64,000 bases of DNA from an uncultured Candidatus Saccharibacteria bacterium (lineage in GTDB: Bacteria; Patescibacteriota; Minisyncoccia; UBA6257; 1-14-0-10-44-23): contig CAZJVT010000001.1 in the NCBI GenBank assembly GCA_964549935.1, positions 155,922-219,921 on the forward strand. Reading direction: 5' to 3'. The position numbers and the translations under genes are program-made. Of the stretch, positions 35,927 through 45,809 are shown one piece after another (positions within the stretch are counted from its first letter, which is position 1; each line of letters opens with the position of its first letter). Under the pieces are notes generated by a model, which did no database searches, was not told where the DNA came from, and was given only the letters and a program-made list of their open reading frames with translations.

Positions 35927-38338
35927 ATGCCGCGAGCTAAAAAAACTCCGGAACTTTTCGAGCAAAATTTACTTAAAAGCAGCGTAGATGGTATTTTTGC
36001 TTTTGACACAGACTTGCGCTATACCGCCTGGAACCCGGCTATGGAGGGGTTCACGGGCTTGCGCCACGCCGCGGTTATCGACAAACATATTCTTGCTGTC
36101 TTTCCGCATTTTGAAAAAACTGGCGAGGCAACGCACTACAGGCAGGCGCTCGCTGGTACTAGTAGTATTTTAACTGATTGGCCGTTTGCAGTACCAACAA
36201 AAAAGAAACAAGGTTTTAGCGAAACGTATTTTTCGCCCCTTAAAGATGATACTGGTGCCATCATCGGTGGGCTTGGCATTATTCGAGATATTTCAGAGTA
36301 TAAATTAGCAAAAGAAGCCGGACTCAAAGCTGAACAGCAATTTCGAACTCTCGTACACACCTCTACGGATATTATTTGTGTCATTTCTCCAGCAGGGCAT
36401 TTTTTACTCCTTAATCCTGCGTGGGAGAAAATAACCGGCTGGAGTACTGCCGAATCACTTGGGATGCACTTTTTGGATTTCGTTCATCCAGAGGATCAAT
36501 CACTTGCCACTCAAAGTTTTGCCTCCTTTAAGGAAGGAAAATTTCTTGATCCTGTTCGTGCTCGTCTCAAGTGCAAAGATGGCCAATATCGTATTCTTGA
36601 GGCAACTGCCAGCCCTCTTATTGAAGATGGGGTTATTACCAGCCTTCTTGCTGTCGTGCGCGATGTTACCAGTCGAGAGCAAAACGAAAAAAAATTGCGC
36701 ACCTGGGCGCGAATTTTTGAAAGCATTGATATTGGCATTAAGATTTCTAATTTAGATGGGACTGTTGTAGAGGCGGTAAATCCTGGTTATATACGAATGC
36801 ATGGTTACACCTCAACTGAAGAGTTGCTGAATTTGCCAGCTATACGACATTATTCGCCAGCGGTGCAGCAGGAGTTAAAAAAGCATAATGCAATTTTAAA
36901 AAAACAAGGATATTCTGCTTACGAAAGTGAGCACGTCAAAAAAGATGGAACTGTTTTTCCAGTCTCTGTTGAGGTGACCCTTATTAAGGATGATGCTGGC
37001 AAGCCGCAGTATCGGGCAGTTATTGTTCGAGATATTACCGCGCGTCGAATTCTCGAAAGTCAGCTCCATGACTATACCAAAAGTCTCGAAAGTAAGGTCG
37101 CAGAACGTACGCGGGCTCTTGTTGATAGATTGAGCAAGGAGGCACGCGAAAAGGCAAAAGACGAAGCACTACTAAGCAGCATCGGTGAAGGCGTTATCGC
37201 GACTGACGCAGAGATGAAAATTGTTTTCATTAATAAGCAAACGGAGCTGTTGCTTGGATGGAGAGAGGGGGAGATGCTTGGCAAGAAGGTTTTTGACGTT
37301 CTCCAGGTGCACGATAAGAATCATAAACCTATTCGGTCTGAGCGGAGGCCTATCGCTATGGCAATGGCTACTGGTAAAAAAATAGCTACAAGCGACTATT
37401 CGTATGTACGTAAAAATGGTACTGAGTTGCCTGTCGTGCTAACTACTTCAGCGGTTGTGCTCGACAATACAATTTTTGGCGCTGTTACTGTTTTTCGTGA
37501 TATTACGAAAGAAAAAGAAGTTGATAGAGTCAAAAGCGAGTTCGTTTCACTAGCAAGTCATCAGTTGCGCACTCCGCTTGCAACAATTAATTGGTATGCA
37601 GAAACTTTGCTTTCGGGCAAGGTGCCTTCGGTTAGCGAAAGGCAGAAGAAGTATTTACACCAGATATATGATGCAAGTCGCAGAATGGTTAAGCTCGTGC
37701 ATGACCTCCTCAATGTTTCAAGGCTTGAGCTCGGTACTTTTAAGCTCGACCCAGGGCCGCTTCGGTTGCCAGAGCTTATCCAGGAAGTCATCGAAGAGGC
37801 GAAGCTCTCTGCGAAAAGCCAAAAAATTACCTTAGCAGTACATTTCAAAGAAAAATTACCAACACTGATGATTGATCGGCAGCTTATTCAGATTGTTTTT
37901 CAGAACCTTCTCATGAACGCTATAAAATATACTCCATCGGGAGGGTCGGTCACGATTGAAGCCTCATATTATCCTGAGGGGTATGAGACTAAGCACACGC
38001 CGCATGATTTGCCAGAGGGTCCTGTTGTTATTTGCGCCATAACAGACACCGGTTACGGCATTCCTCGAGAGGCTCGCGAGAAGGTATTTACAAAATTTTT
38101 TAGAGCCGATAATGTAAAGGATAGAGGGCAGGATGGGACAGGGCTTGGCTTATATATCGTCAAATCCCTTATTGCTCTCCTTAAGGGTTCAGTCTGGTTT
38201 GTCTCGCCGGGGCACCCGCTCTTTAGGGCTCGGCAGAGGCAGGGCACTACATTTTATGTCGCCATCCCGGTACCAAAACGTCGCGGGCTCTGGGGCTGGA
38301 ATATAAAAAAGATCATTAAGGATACCGAAGAAGACTAA
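35927..38338 (+). CDS. Multi-PAS-domain sensor histidine kinase.
   Basis: Several PAS blocks; HisKA H-box SHQLRTPLATINWYAETL; HATPase_c N, G1 and G2 boxes (NLLMNAIKYT, DTGYGIP, GTGLGLYIVKSL). Confidence 0.85.
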   Translation: MPRAKKTPELFEQNLLKSSVDGIFAFDTDLRYTAWNPAMEGFTGLRHAAVIDKHILAVFPHFEKTGEATHYRQALAGTSSILTDWPFAVPTKKKQGFSETYFSPLKDDTGAIIGGLGIIRDISEYKLAKEAGLKAEQQFRTLVHTSTDIICVISPAGHFLLLNPAWEKITGWSTAESLGMHFLDFVHPEDQSLATQSFASFKEGKFLDPVRARLKCKDGQYRILEATASPLIEDGVITSLLAVVRDVTSREQNEKKLRTWARIFESIDIGIKISNLDGTVVEAVNPGYIRMHGYTSTEELLNLPAIRHYSPAVQQELKKHNAILKKQGYSAYESEHVKKDGTVFPVSVEVTLIKDDAGKPQYRAVIVRDITARRILESQLHDYTKSLESKVAERTRALVDRLSKEAREKAKDEALLSSIGEGVIATDAEMKIVFINKQTELLLGWREGEMLGKKVFDVLQVHDKNHKPIRSERRPIAMAMATGKKIATSDYSYVRKNGTELPVVLTTSAVVLDNTIFGAVTVFRDITKEKEVDRVKSEFVSLASHQLRTPLATINWYAETLLSGKVPSVSERQKKYLHQIYDASRRMVKLVHDLLNVSRLELGTFKLDPGPLRLPELIQEVIEEAKLSAKSQKITLAVHFKEKLPTLMIDRQLIQIVFQNLLMNAIKYTPSGGSVTIEASYYPEGYETKHTPHDLPEGPVVICAITDTGYGIPREAREKVFTKFFRADNVKDRGQDGTGLGLYIVKSLIALLKGSVWFVSPGHPLFRARQRQGTTFYVAIPVPKRRGLWGWNIKKIIKDTEED

Positions 38339-38340
38339 CT

Positions 38341-38739
38341 ATGATTAATCAAAAAAAGAAAATTTTGATCGTTGAAGACGAGGCTCCGCTCCGCCAGGTT
38401 CTTAAGGATAACTTACAAGAGGAGGGGTATAAGGTTGTCGAGGCTACTAACGGCGCACAGGGGCTTCGTCAAGCCGAAAAAGAAAAGCCTGACCTTATTC
38501 TGCTTGATATTTTGATGCCGAAAATGAATGGTCTGACGATGATGGAGAAATTTCGAACTACGCCAGCCGGGGCAAACGTTCCGATTATGCTCCTCACGAA
38601 CGTTTCTGCCGATCGAAAAATCATTAAGAATCTGGTGAAGTATATGCCGGTTTATTATTTTGATAAATCAAGCAGGACGATCGCCGAACTGATTATACGC
38701 ATCAAAGCACGCTTTGATACTGACGCAGAGCTCGTTTAG
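38341..38739 (+). CDS. Single-domain response regulator (CheY-like receiver).
   Basis: KILIVEDEAPLRQVL..PDLILLDILMPKMNG..TMMEKFR; the start overlaps the kinase stop. Confidence 0.85.
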   Translation: MINQKKKILIVEDEAPLRQVLKDNLQEEGYKVVEATNGAQGLRQAEKEKPDLILLDILMPKMNGLTMMEKFRTTPAGANVPIMLLTNVSADRKIIKNLVKYMPVYYFDKSSRTIAELIIRIKARFDTDAELV

Positions 38740-38748
38740 TAAAAGTCT

Positions 38749-39135
38749 TTAGGAATTTTGTGCGGCCACAACGATTATCGTTGCTTTAAAGTCCTTATTT
38801 TGAAGCTGACAGGATCCCGCATTCTTCAAAAGAAAGCGCTGCATTTGATTTGGATACAGATCTTTGACGTCTGCTATTTTTTCCATAATTTCATCGCCCG
38901 CACATCGCAGATCTTCTGGGGAGTAGGCGTAGCGGTTAAGAACAAGACTGAAGCGGCGGCCTACTTCATACGTAAGCATCTTTCCATTATCCGCAATTGT
39001 TATTTCTTTTGGACAATTTTTAACACATGACTGCTTGCTGGCAATCGTTTTACCCGGTATGAGTACGACCATAAGCACAAGTATCGCTATGATCCCTGCG
39101 CTCATGAGTATATTTCTAATGCGAGAAGAAGGCAT
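38749..39135 (-). CDS. Hypothetical secreted or anchored protein.
   Basis: N-terminal anchor LMSAGIIAILVLMVVLI and Cys-containing soluble part. Confidence 0.45.
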   Translation of the reverse strand: MPSSRIRNILMSAGIIAILVLMVVLIPGKTIASKQSCVKNCPKEITIADNGKMLTYEVGRRFSLVLNRYAYSPEDLRCAGDEIMEKIADVKDLYPNQMQRFLLKNAGSCQLQNKDFKATIIVVAAQNS

Positions 39136-39231
39136 ACTCTTTAAGCCGAGCGAGAAAAGCTTTCATTACGAAGTATGAGTATAGCCGCGCGTAATTTCAT
39201 TCATTCTAAACCGTCGTATATACTATAAATA

Positions 39232-39444
39232 ATGAAGTACGTAAAATATCACAACGATGGCAGCGTTTGGGCGAAGGGGACTTTAGTGAAGGGTATAATG
39301 GAGGGTAAGTGGATTTGGTTCAGAAAAGATGGGAGTAAGATGCGGTCAGGTAGTTTTAAGAAAAATAAGCAGGTTGGGGAGTGGATTACATACGACAAGA
39401 AAGGAAAGGTAGTTAAGAAAACAAAATTTAACATTAATAATTAA
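39232..39444 (+). CDS. MORN-repeat-like small protein (YwqK-antitoxin-like repeat pattern).
   Basis: GxWxxxxxxG repeats: DGSVWAKGTLVKGIMEGKWIWFRKDGSKMRSGSFKKNKQVGEWITYDKKGK. Confidence 0.45.
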   Translation: MKYVKYHNDGSVWAKGTLVKGIMEGKWIWFRKDGSKMRSGSFKKNKQVGEWITYDKKGKVVKKTKFNINN

Positions 39445-39454
39445 AAATAATTTT

Positions 39455-39877
39455 ATGGATCCAGTAGTACACTTTGAGATGGGATATAACGATCGGGAGC
39501 GGATGAAGACATTTTATTCAACAGTGTTTGGGTGGAAGATGCAGCAGATGGGCCCGGAGATGGGACAGTATGTTGTCGCGCAAACGACGGAGACTGACGA
39601 GAAGGGCATGATCAAGACGCCGGGAAACATCAACGGCGGCTTCTACCAGAAGATCGCCGACCCGCTCTCGCACGCTCCGTCAGTCGTGATTGCGGTTAAG
39701 GATATCGAGGCGGTGATGAAAAATGTTGAGGCAGCCGGCGGTAAGTTGCTCGGCGCAATGGACGAAAAGGGTGAGCGAAGTATGAAGCCGATGATGATTC
39801 CGGGCGTAGGCCTCTGGATTTCAGCAATGGACACCGAAGACAACCGCTTCTCGATTTTGCAGCCCAATCAAATGTAA
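39455..39877 (+). CDS. VOC/glyoxalase-family protein.
   Basis: VVHFEMGYNDRERMKTFYSTVFGWK..VVIAVKDIEAVMKNVEAAGGKLLG. Confidence 0.6.
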   Translation: MDPVVHFEMGYNDRERMKTFYSTVFGWKMQQMGPEMGQYVVAQTTETDEKGMIKTPGNINGGFYQKIADPLSHAPSVVIAVKDIEAVMKNVEAAGGKLLGAMDEKGERSMKPMMIPGVGLWISAMDTEDNRFSILQPNQM

Positions 39878-39888
39878 GCACTGCAACT

Positions 39889-40383
39889 ATGGCACAAAAA
39901 ATTACTCCGTTTCTCTGGTTTGATAAGAACTGCGAAGAGGCTCTGAATTTTTACGTTTCGATTTTTAGGGATGCCAAGATTGTTAGCATCAAGCGTTATC
40001 CGGATAGCGGTTTGACCGGTCCGATGCAGGGGATGGAGGGCAAGGTCCTTACCGCAGTGTTTGAGATTTTCGGCCAGACATTTATGGCGTTAGACGGCGG
40101 GCCTTACTTTAAACCGACGGGTGCAGTTTCATTCTATGTTTCCTGCAAGGACCAGCTTGAGGTAGACGCTTACTGGGATAAGCTGATTGAGGGCGCTGAT
40201 CCAAAGGCGCAGCAGTGTGGATGGCTGCAGGACAAGTTTGGTTTCTCCTGGCAGATTATCCCGGAGACGCTGCCGAAGCTAATGACTGACCCGGACCAAG
40301 CAAAATCAGGCCGGGTAATGGCGGCTATGATGCAGATGAAGAAGATCGACGTTGCCGGACTCGAGAAGGCCTATCAAGGATAA
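39889..40383 (+). CDS. VOC-family protein (PhnB/YjdN-like).
   Basis: ITPFLWFDKNCEEALNFYVSIF..VFEIFGQTFMALDGG..DQLEVDAYWDKL. Confidence 0.65.
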   Translation: MAQKITPFLWFDKNCEEALNFYVSIFRDAKIVSIKRYPDSGLTGPMQGMEGKVLTAVFEIFGQTFMALDGGPYFKPTGAVSFYVSCKDQLEVDAYWDKLIEGADPKAQQCGWLQDKFGFSWQIIPETLPKLMTDPDQAKSGRVMAAMMQMKKIDVAGLEKAYQG

Positions 40384-40500
40384 CGAGGCGCTACTTTTAG
40401 TAGTACCTCCCTTGGTAGATTGACCAAAAAACACCTGTTACGACAAGCGTCGTCACGAAGACACCGAGCATAAAGATTTGCAGGTCCGTCATAGCGTTTT

Positions 40501-40662
40501 TACTTCTTCAAGAAAGCGCCAAGGCTCAAAATCGTTGGTACCCAAATGCCGACAAAAAGGCCGTTGTCTTTTTGGCCGCTGAACCAGAGGTAAATCGAGA
40601 TAACTAATGAAACGAGTGCTGCAATACCGATTAATGTTTTGGTTGGGTTTGTGAATGTCATA
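40501..40662 (-). CDS. Possible small membrane protein (~53 aa).
   Basis: Minus-strand ORF MTFTNPTKTLIGIAALVSLVISIYLWFSGQKDNGLFVGIWVPTILSLGAFLKK; short and unsupported otherwise. Confidence 0.3.
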
Positions 40663-40690
40663 GTGTATTTAGTATAATACCTTTTTAAAT

Positions 40691-41119
40691 TTATTTTTTG
40701 CGTTTTTTGTTGAAATGGTTGATAAGCACGATCGCGAAAATGACAGCTTGTGAGATCATAATCACGGAGAAGTAGGTAGTGTTGTAGACCGTCTCTTCGC
40801 TTTTTGCCTGAAAACTGATGTTCCCGCGGATGAAAGAGAGTTCGTCAATGATGAGCCCAAACGCAATAGCGGCCATCGTGAAGTAAACCGGCGAAACCGG
40901 ATTATCGAAAAGGATCAGCAGGCAGGAAATGAAGAGCAGCAGGATCCCGTAATCGAAGTGGTGCAGTTCGAAATGAAACAGTAATGGGTCCGGATCGTGC
41001 ACGAAAACAAGCAGACGAGTCAATAAAATCGTGCTAATCATAATCGCCACAAAGGCAATAATTTTGTGTTCCAGCTCCCACTTCTCGAATCTTTTGAAAA
41101 ATTCCATAAAAATAGCCAA
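40691..41119 (-). CDS. Hypothetical multi-pass membrane protein.
   Basis: Four hydrophobic helices; no recognisable motif. Confidence 0.5.
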   Translation of the reverse strand: MAIFMEFFKRFEKWELEHKIIAFVAIMISTILLTRLLVFVHDPDPLLFHFELHHFDYGILLLFISCLLILFDNPVSPVYFTMAAIAFGLIIDELSFIRGNISFQAKSEETVYNTTYFSVIMISQAVIFAIVLINHFNKKRKK

Positions 41120-41190
41120 CAGCTTAGCTTTAGTATACTATAAAGCAGCGGGCGCTATCCTTAGGTTTTGCCAGGTGCTAGAATATTTCC

Positions 41191-41952
41191 ATGAGTCAGG
41201 CGATTACGCTTTTTCATACTTTCCCGTTTTTGCCTTACAATCATGAGTTCCAATTGGGCCTTTTTGCTTTTGCGCTTAGCCTGCTTTTTTCCGCCTTCTA
41301 TTTTTGGGATTGGCTGCATTATCACAAGGGTGCGCGTAACCATGTAACGCTTTTCTGGGGAGCCGGACTTTTTTTCTCGTCGTGGTTTCAGATTCCATTT
41401 TTAATCGCGAACGCAGGGCTGCCTTTCTCCGTCCCGGATTATCATCCGCTTTTTGTCATTGTTCTTTCGATTTCATTCGCAGGCACCGTGCTTCTATATC
41501 GTTCGATTAGGATGTTGGCGAAACCGGATGCGGCAAAAATTGACGGTTACCTCGTAAGTTGGGCTGCGCTTTATGCGATTTTTCTAAGTTATAGATTTTA
41601 TAGCCTCGGGGGGACGGTAAGTTCCTCTCTGCCGATTATTGCCGCGACATTCATCTTTAATATCCCGCTTTTTGTTCTGATACTGGTGGCGTTGCTGCGT
41701 TGGTATGGAGTTATGACCTGGAAGGCATCACCGTGTACCGGTTTAGGTATTGTATTTTTCACAGGAGCCATATTGTTTCGAATCGGGGTGGCTGTTTTCT
41801 CCGTTATCACGATGCTACGTTATTCGCCGGAGCTTTGGTTTATCGCAATTATGGCTCCGACGACGCGTTTTGCAGTCCACGCTGTGAGCATTATATTGCT
41901 TATTGCGGCATTACTTTGTATTCATTGCGGTCAGCTTAAGCATAAGAAATAG
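41191..41952 (+). CDS. Hypothetical 7-TM membrane protein.
   Basis: Seven hydrophobic segments. No retinal-binding Lys in the last helix, so not called a rhodopsin. Confidence 0.55.
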   Translation: MSQAITLFHTFPFLPYNHEFQLGLFAFALSLLFSAFYFWDWLHYHKGARNHVTLFWGAGLFFSSWFQIPFLIANAGLPFSVPDYHPLFVIVLSISFAGTVLLYRSIRMLAKPDAAKIDGYLVSWAALYAIFLSYRFYSLGGTVSSSLPIIAATFIFNIPLFVLILVALLRWYGVMTWKASPCTGLGIVFFTGAILFRIGVAVFSVITMLRYSPELWFIAIMAPTTRFAVHAVSIILLIAALLCIHCGQLKHKK

Positions 41953-42019
41953 CGCAGTGTAGGGGAGAGTTCTAACGCCGCTTGACTATTTTATTTAAAA
42001 AGTATATTATGGTTACTCA

Positions 42020-43345
42020 ATGGAACACCAACCAGAGCAAAAAGCAGGCAGTTTTTATGGTCTTGGCATCGCGCCGAAGATCTTAGAAATCTTAACTTCA
42101 AAGAAGTTCACCATCCCGACGCCCATTCAGGAGCGTTCTATTCCTATTGCCTTAGAAGGTAAGGACTTAGTCGGCATCGCCCAGACGGGTACCGGTAAGA
42201 CCTTGGCCTTTGGTATCCCGCTGTTGCAGCGCCTCGCCGCAATGAAAGGCGGCCGCGGACTCGTTTTAGTGCCGACGCGTGAATTGGCTTTGCAGGCCGA
42301 CGAGACACTTAATATGCTTGGCGTGCCGCTTGGCGCTAAGACCTGTGTGGTTATCGGTGGTGCTTCTATGTATAACCAGGTAATGCAGCTTCGTCGCAAT
42401 CCGCACATTATTATCGCCACTCCGGGCCGTCTTAACGACCACATCCAGCAGGGCAGCGTAAACCTTTCGCAGTTTAAGATTGTCGTTTTAGACGAGGCGG
42501 ACCGTATGCTCGACATGGGTTTTGAGCCGCAGATCAAAACGATTTTGGCCACAGTTTCTAAGGAGCGCCAGACGATGCTTTTCTCGGCTACGATGCCGGA
42601 TCCGATTGTGAAAATTGCGCAAAAGTATATGCAGCTGCCGCTTCGCGTTGAGGTAGCCCGTGCCGGTACCGCCGCTGAAAAAGTTATTCAGGAGCTTTTC
42701 ATCATGCAGAAGTTCGCCAAGACGCAGCTGCTCTCTTCGCTTTTGACGCAGTATCGCGGAACTGTCTTGATTTTCGTCCGTACCAAGCACGGCGCCCACC
42801 GTCTTACTCGAGACCTGCACGCGCTTAGCTACACCGCCGCCGAGATTCACGGCGATCGTTCTTTGAGCCAGCGCAAAGAGGCGCTTGCCGGATTTAAAAC
42901 CGGGAAGTACCGCGTCTTAGTTGCGACTGACATTGCCGCTCGTGGTATCGACGTCAACGGCATTGAGCTGGTCATCAACTTTGATCTGCCGACCAATCCG
43001 GAGGACTACATCCACCGCATCGGCCGTACCGGCCGTGCCGGGCTTCCGGGACGCGCGATTTCGTTTGCGACGCCGGACCAGCGTGGTGAGGTTCGCAACA
43101 TCGAGCGCCTGATGCGCATCGCTCTGCCGATTTCGAAGCTTCCGGCTAATATGCCGGCGCTTCCGGTGATGCCGAAACACGAATATATTGAAACAGTTGC
43201 TCGTCCGCAGCGTCGTCCGTTTGGTGGTCAGCGCTCCCCTCGGGGATACTCGGGGCAAGCCGGAGGTGGCAGCGGCTTTGGCCGCCGTCCGTACGGAGGT
43301 GGTGGAGCTCGCGGTGGCGGTAGCCGCTACGGTGGGAATCGTTAA
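42020..43345 (+). CDS. DEAD-box ATP-dependent RNA helicase with an RGG-rich C-terminal tail.
   Basis: Motifs AQTGTGKT, DEAD, SAT and HRIGRTGR; tail GGQRSPRGYSGQAGGGSGFGRRPYGGGGARGGG. Confidence 0.9.
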   Translation: MEHQPEQKAGSFYGLGIAPKILEILTSKKFTIPTPIQERSIPIALEGKDLVGIAQTGTGKTLAFGIPLLQRLAAMKGGRGLVLVPTRELALQADETLNMLGVPLGAKTCVVIGGASMYNQVMQLRRNPHIIIATPGRLNDHIQQGSVNLSQFKIVVLDEADRMLDMGFEPQIKTILATVSKERQTMLFSATMPDPIVKIAQKYMQLPLRVEVARAGTAAEKVIQELFIMQKFAKTQLLSSLLTQYRGTVLIFVRTKHGAHRLTRDLHALSYTAAEIHGDRSLSQRKEALAGFKTGKYRVLVATDIAARGIDVNGIELVINFDLPTNPEDYIHRIGRTGRAGLPGRAISFATPDQRGEVRNIERLMRIALPISKLPANMPALPVMPKHEYIETVARPQRRPFGGQRSPRGYSGQAGGGSGFGRRPYGGGGARGGGSRYGGNR

Positions 43346-43354
43346 AAGTATCAA

Positions 43355-43384
43355 AACAAGAGGCCCGAAAGGGCCTCTTGTTGT
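43355..43384. terminator. Bidirectional terminator between the helicase and the SpoU methyltransferase.
   Basis: aacaagaggccc-gaaa-gggcctcttgtt. Confidence 0.65.
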
Positions 43385-43410
43385 ATTTAGGGTTAGCGTA
43401 AAAAGTTTGC

Positions 43411-44025
43411 TTAGCGCTTCTTAAAGTCAGCCAGCAATGCCGCCGCTTCTTTTTTTGAAAGCAGGTAACCCTGCGAATCTTTTGCCTTGCGCTGTCGGAG
43501 GATCTCATAGAGAAAAAGCGCGGCGCCGACTGAAACATTGAAGCTTTCGACGAAGCCCTGCATCGGCAGGTAGAGGAGTTGACTCGCCATTTTCTTTGCG
43601 ATTTCGGAGATGCCGCGGTGCTCGTTGCCCACGACAAGGGCAATTTTTTTACCACTCAAATCAACTGTTGTGACATCCTGCGCATTTTTATCAAGGATAG
43701 TCGCACAGATCTGGTACTTCTGTTTCTTCAGTTCAGCGAAACACTCCTTGCTGGAGGTGAAGATGCGAATAGTCATCCACTTGTTAGCCGAGGATGAGGA
43801 GACCTTACCTATGCGGCGGGGGTTATAGCGCTTCTCTTGGTCAAAGATAAAATACACCTCCTGGATCCCTAGACCGTCCGCCGTGCGCAGCATTGCTGCT
43901 GCGTTGTGCGGGTCGTGGATGTCTTCGAGGACTAAAATGAGGCCGCTTTGGCGATTTTGTGCAACCTGGGTGAGCCGGGCGAGGCGCCTCGCAGTGAGTC
44001 CGCCGAACTGTTTTTCAGTGAGCAT
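43411..44025 (-). CDS. SpoU/TrmH-family RNA 2'-O-methyltransferase.
   Basis: LILVLEDIHDPHNAAAMLRTADGLG and GNEHRGISEIAKKMASQLLYLPMQGFVESFNVSVGAALFLYE. Confidence 0.85.
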   Translation of the reverse strand: MLTEKQFGGLTARRLARLTQVAQNRQSGLILVLEDIHDPHNAAAMLRTADGLGIQEVYFIFDQEKRYNPRRIGKVSSSSANKWMTIRIFTSSKECFAELKKQKYQICATILDKNAQDVTTVDLSGKKIALVVGNEHRGISEIAKKMASQLLYLPMQGFVESFNVSVGAALFLYEILRQRKAKDSQGYLLSKKEAAALLADFKKR

Positions 44026-44070
44026 TACTCAACCCTATCACAAGAGCGCGTTTGTGGTATAGTCAGGCCA

Positions 44071-44967
44071 ATGTCCGGACCACTTCTTATTTTCATCGCC
44101 GCCGTGCTATGGGGGATCGACGGGATTTTACGCCGGAGTTTATATTCACTTCCGCCGATTACAATTGTTTTTTATGAACACGTAATTGGGGCGTTGATCA
44201 TCTTGCCATTTTTCTTACATATTTATAAAAAGGAGCGATTAACGCGCAAGGAATGGATTGCAATTGGGACTGTTGCGCTTTTTAGTGGACTGCTCGGAAC
44301 TTTATTTTTTACAACCGCTCTGGCTAAAGTTAACTTTATCCCGTTTTCGGTAGTCTTTTTGCTGCAAAAACTTCAGCCGGTATTTACCATCATCACGGCG
44401 TGGGTAGTGCTGAAAGAGAAACCGGGCAAATACTACTGGCTTTGGGCGGCAATCGCAGTTGGAGCAGCATACTTTGTAACTTTCCCTCGCGGTGTCGTGA
44501 ACGTTTCTACCGGGGCGGGTACGCTGGCCGCAGCCGGCTTTGCAGTGCTTGCGGCACTCTGCTGGGGATCAACCACGGCGTTTTCTCGCTATACGCTTCT
44601 TAATCACTCCAATACTTTTATTACCGGTCTACGATTTTTCCTCACTGTACTCTTTGCCATCCCGGCATTATTTATTCTCGGCGCGGCGCCGCAAACAACT
44701 GACGTCGGCGGTGGTGAAGTGCTTCGACTTTTCGCAGTCGCTTTTTCGAGCGGGCTTGTTGCGCTCTGGATTTATTATCGAGGCCTGAAAACGACAAAGG
44801 CCTCGGTCTCGACTATCGTCGAACTGGCGTTCCCGCTAACGGCGGTTATCATCGATTACTTTTTGTATCACAGCACGCTCGCACCGAGTCAGTACCTCGC
44901 AGCCGCCGTACTTTTGTTTGCTGTTTACAAAGTCAGCCGTCTTAAGAGCGCCGTCGTAGCCGTATAG
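44071..44967 (+). CDS. DMT-superfamily (EamA-like) transporter.
   Basis: Ten TM helices in two EamA-like halves. Confidence 0.75.
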   Translation: MSGPLLIFIAAVLWGIDGILRRSLYSLPPITIVFYEHVIGALIILPFFLHIYKKERLTRKEWIAIGTVALFSGLLGTLFFTTALAKVNFIPFSVVFLLQKLQPVFTIITAWVVLKEKPGKYYWLWAAIAVGAAYFVTFPRGVVNVSTGAGTLAAAGFAVLAALCWGSTTAFSRYTLLNHSNTFITGLRFFLTVLFAIPALFILGAAPQTTDVGGGEVLRLFAVAFSSGLVALWIYYRGLKTTKASVSTIVELAFPLTAVIIDYFLYHSTLAPSQYLAAAVLLFAVYKVSRLKSAVVAV

Positions 44968-45104
44968 AGAGCAATGCCACTTTAGTTAAGTAAAGTGCTA
45001 TTAGGGCGCAAGATTTGCTATTTCGGGATTTTTGGGTTAAAATATGCTTTCGCGAAATTTGGCTCTGTCATTTCTCGTACACGGGAGAGATCAACTTGGA
45101 GAAG

Positions 45105-45497
45105 ATGGGAGTTCTGGAGGATCGGCTGTGTCGCGCCATGAAGGTAGGAGTTCTCGAGAGAGACCCGGAGTTCATGGCCCAGATGGAAGAGATCGTCACC
45201 GAGGCGGTCAATCGGGGCATCACCCGACTTCCTCCGAGAGTCTGTTCGGGGACCTTCGCGGCGATCTTCTACGAGAAGTTTCTGCAGCCCGAGCTCAAGG
45301 CCAACGGAAGGACTCAGCTTGCGGCGCTGCAGCGTTGGCTCAAGGAGATCAATCCGCTGCTCGTGCGAGCGGCGCAGGAGGCCACGACCGGCGTCGCTGT
45401 CGCCGAGCGCACCGCGACCATGGAGCTGTCTCACGTTCGTCAGCAGGCGTTCGACGCCGAGATGGACGCGAAGATCGCGGCCTTCATGGCCGAGTAG
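45105..45497 (+). CDS. Hypothetical protein (131 aa) in a high-GC island.
   Basis: GGAGA RBS 5 nt upstream of the ATG. High GC3. A GNRA-loop hairpin follows at 45518-45548. Confidence 0.45.
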   Translation: MGVLEDRLCRAMKVGVLERDPEFMAQMEEIVTEAVNRGITRLPPRVCSGTFAAIFYEKFLQPELKANGRTQLAALQRWLKEINPLLVRAAQEATTGVAVAERTATMELSHVRQQAFDAEMDAKIAAFMAE

Positions 45498-45565
45498 TTC
45501 CGCGTTTCGCGACGCAACAAGACGGCCGGTTCCCGCGAGGGGACCGGCCGCTCAAGTTTCCAGAT

Positions 45566-45763
45566 TTATTTTGCCTGGAAGCGGACACCGGCGGCCTCTT
45601 CGGCGATCTGGGTTTCAATGAAAAAGTGATAGCTGCCCCAGACGGCAAGAATGATTAAAAGAAAGAGCGAGATCGCTTTTAAAAAATGCTTGTGTTCAAT
45701 GCTTTTTGCAAATCCGTCACCAAGTTCTGGCATACCCCCAGTATACCATTTGGGGGATGGCAA
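45566..45763 (-). CDS. Possible small membrane protein whose C-terminal ~15 codons lie in the high-GC island.
   Basis: TM FLKAISLFLLIILAVWGSYHFF; the composition breaks at 45610. Confidence 0.3.
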   Translation of the reverse strand: MPSPKWYTGGMPELGDGFAKSIEHKHFLKAISLFLLIILAVWGSYHFFIETQIAEEAAGVRFQAK

Positions 45764-45809
45764 CTAATACGCTAAGCTTAATATGTTCGCTACCTTAACG
45801 TCTTAATCT

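Noticed and set aside
41191-41952. Possible microbial rhodopsin, given the 7-TM protein of ~250 aa.
   Set aside because: No Lys in the middle of the seventh helix and no recognisable DxxxK or retinal-pocket motifs.
45044-45658. 204-aa Arg/Gly-rich ORF and 45018-45434 minus-strand ORF overlapping the island-D gene.
   Set aside because: Alternate-frame artefacts of GC-rich DNA with no RBS and homopolymeric Arg/Gly/Asp composition.
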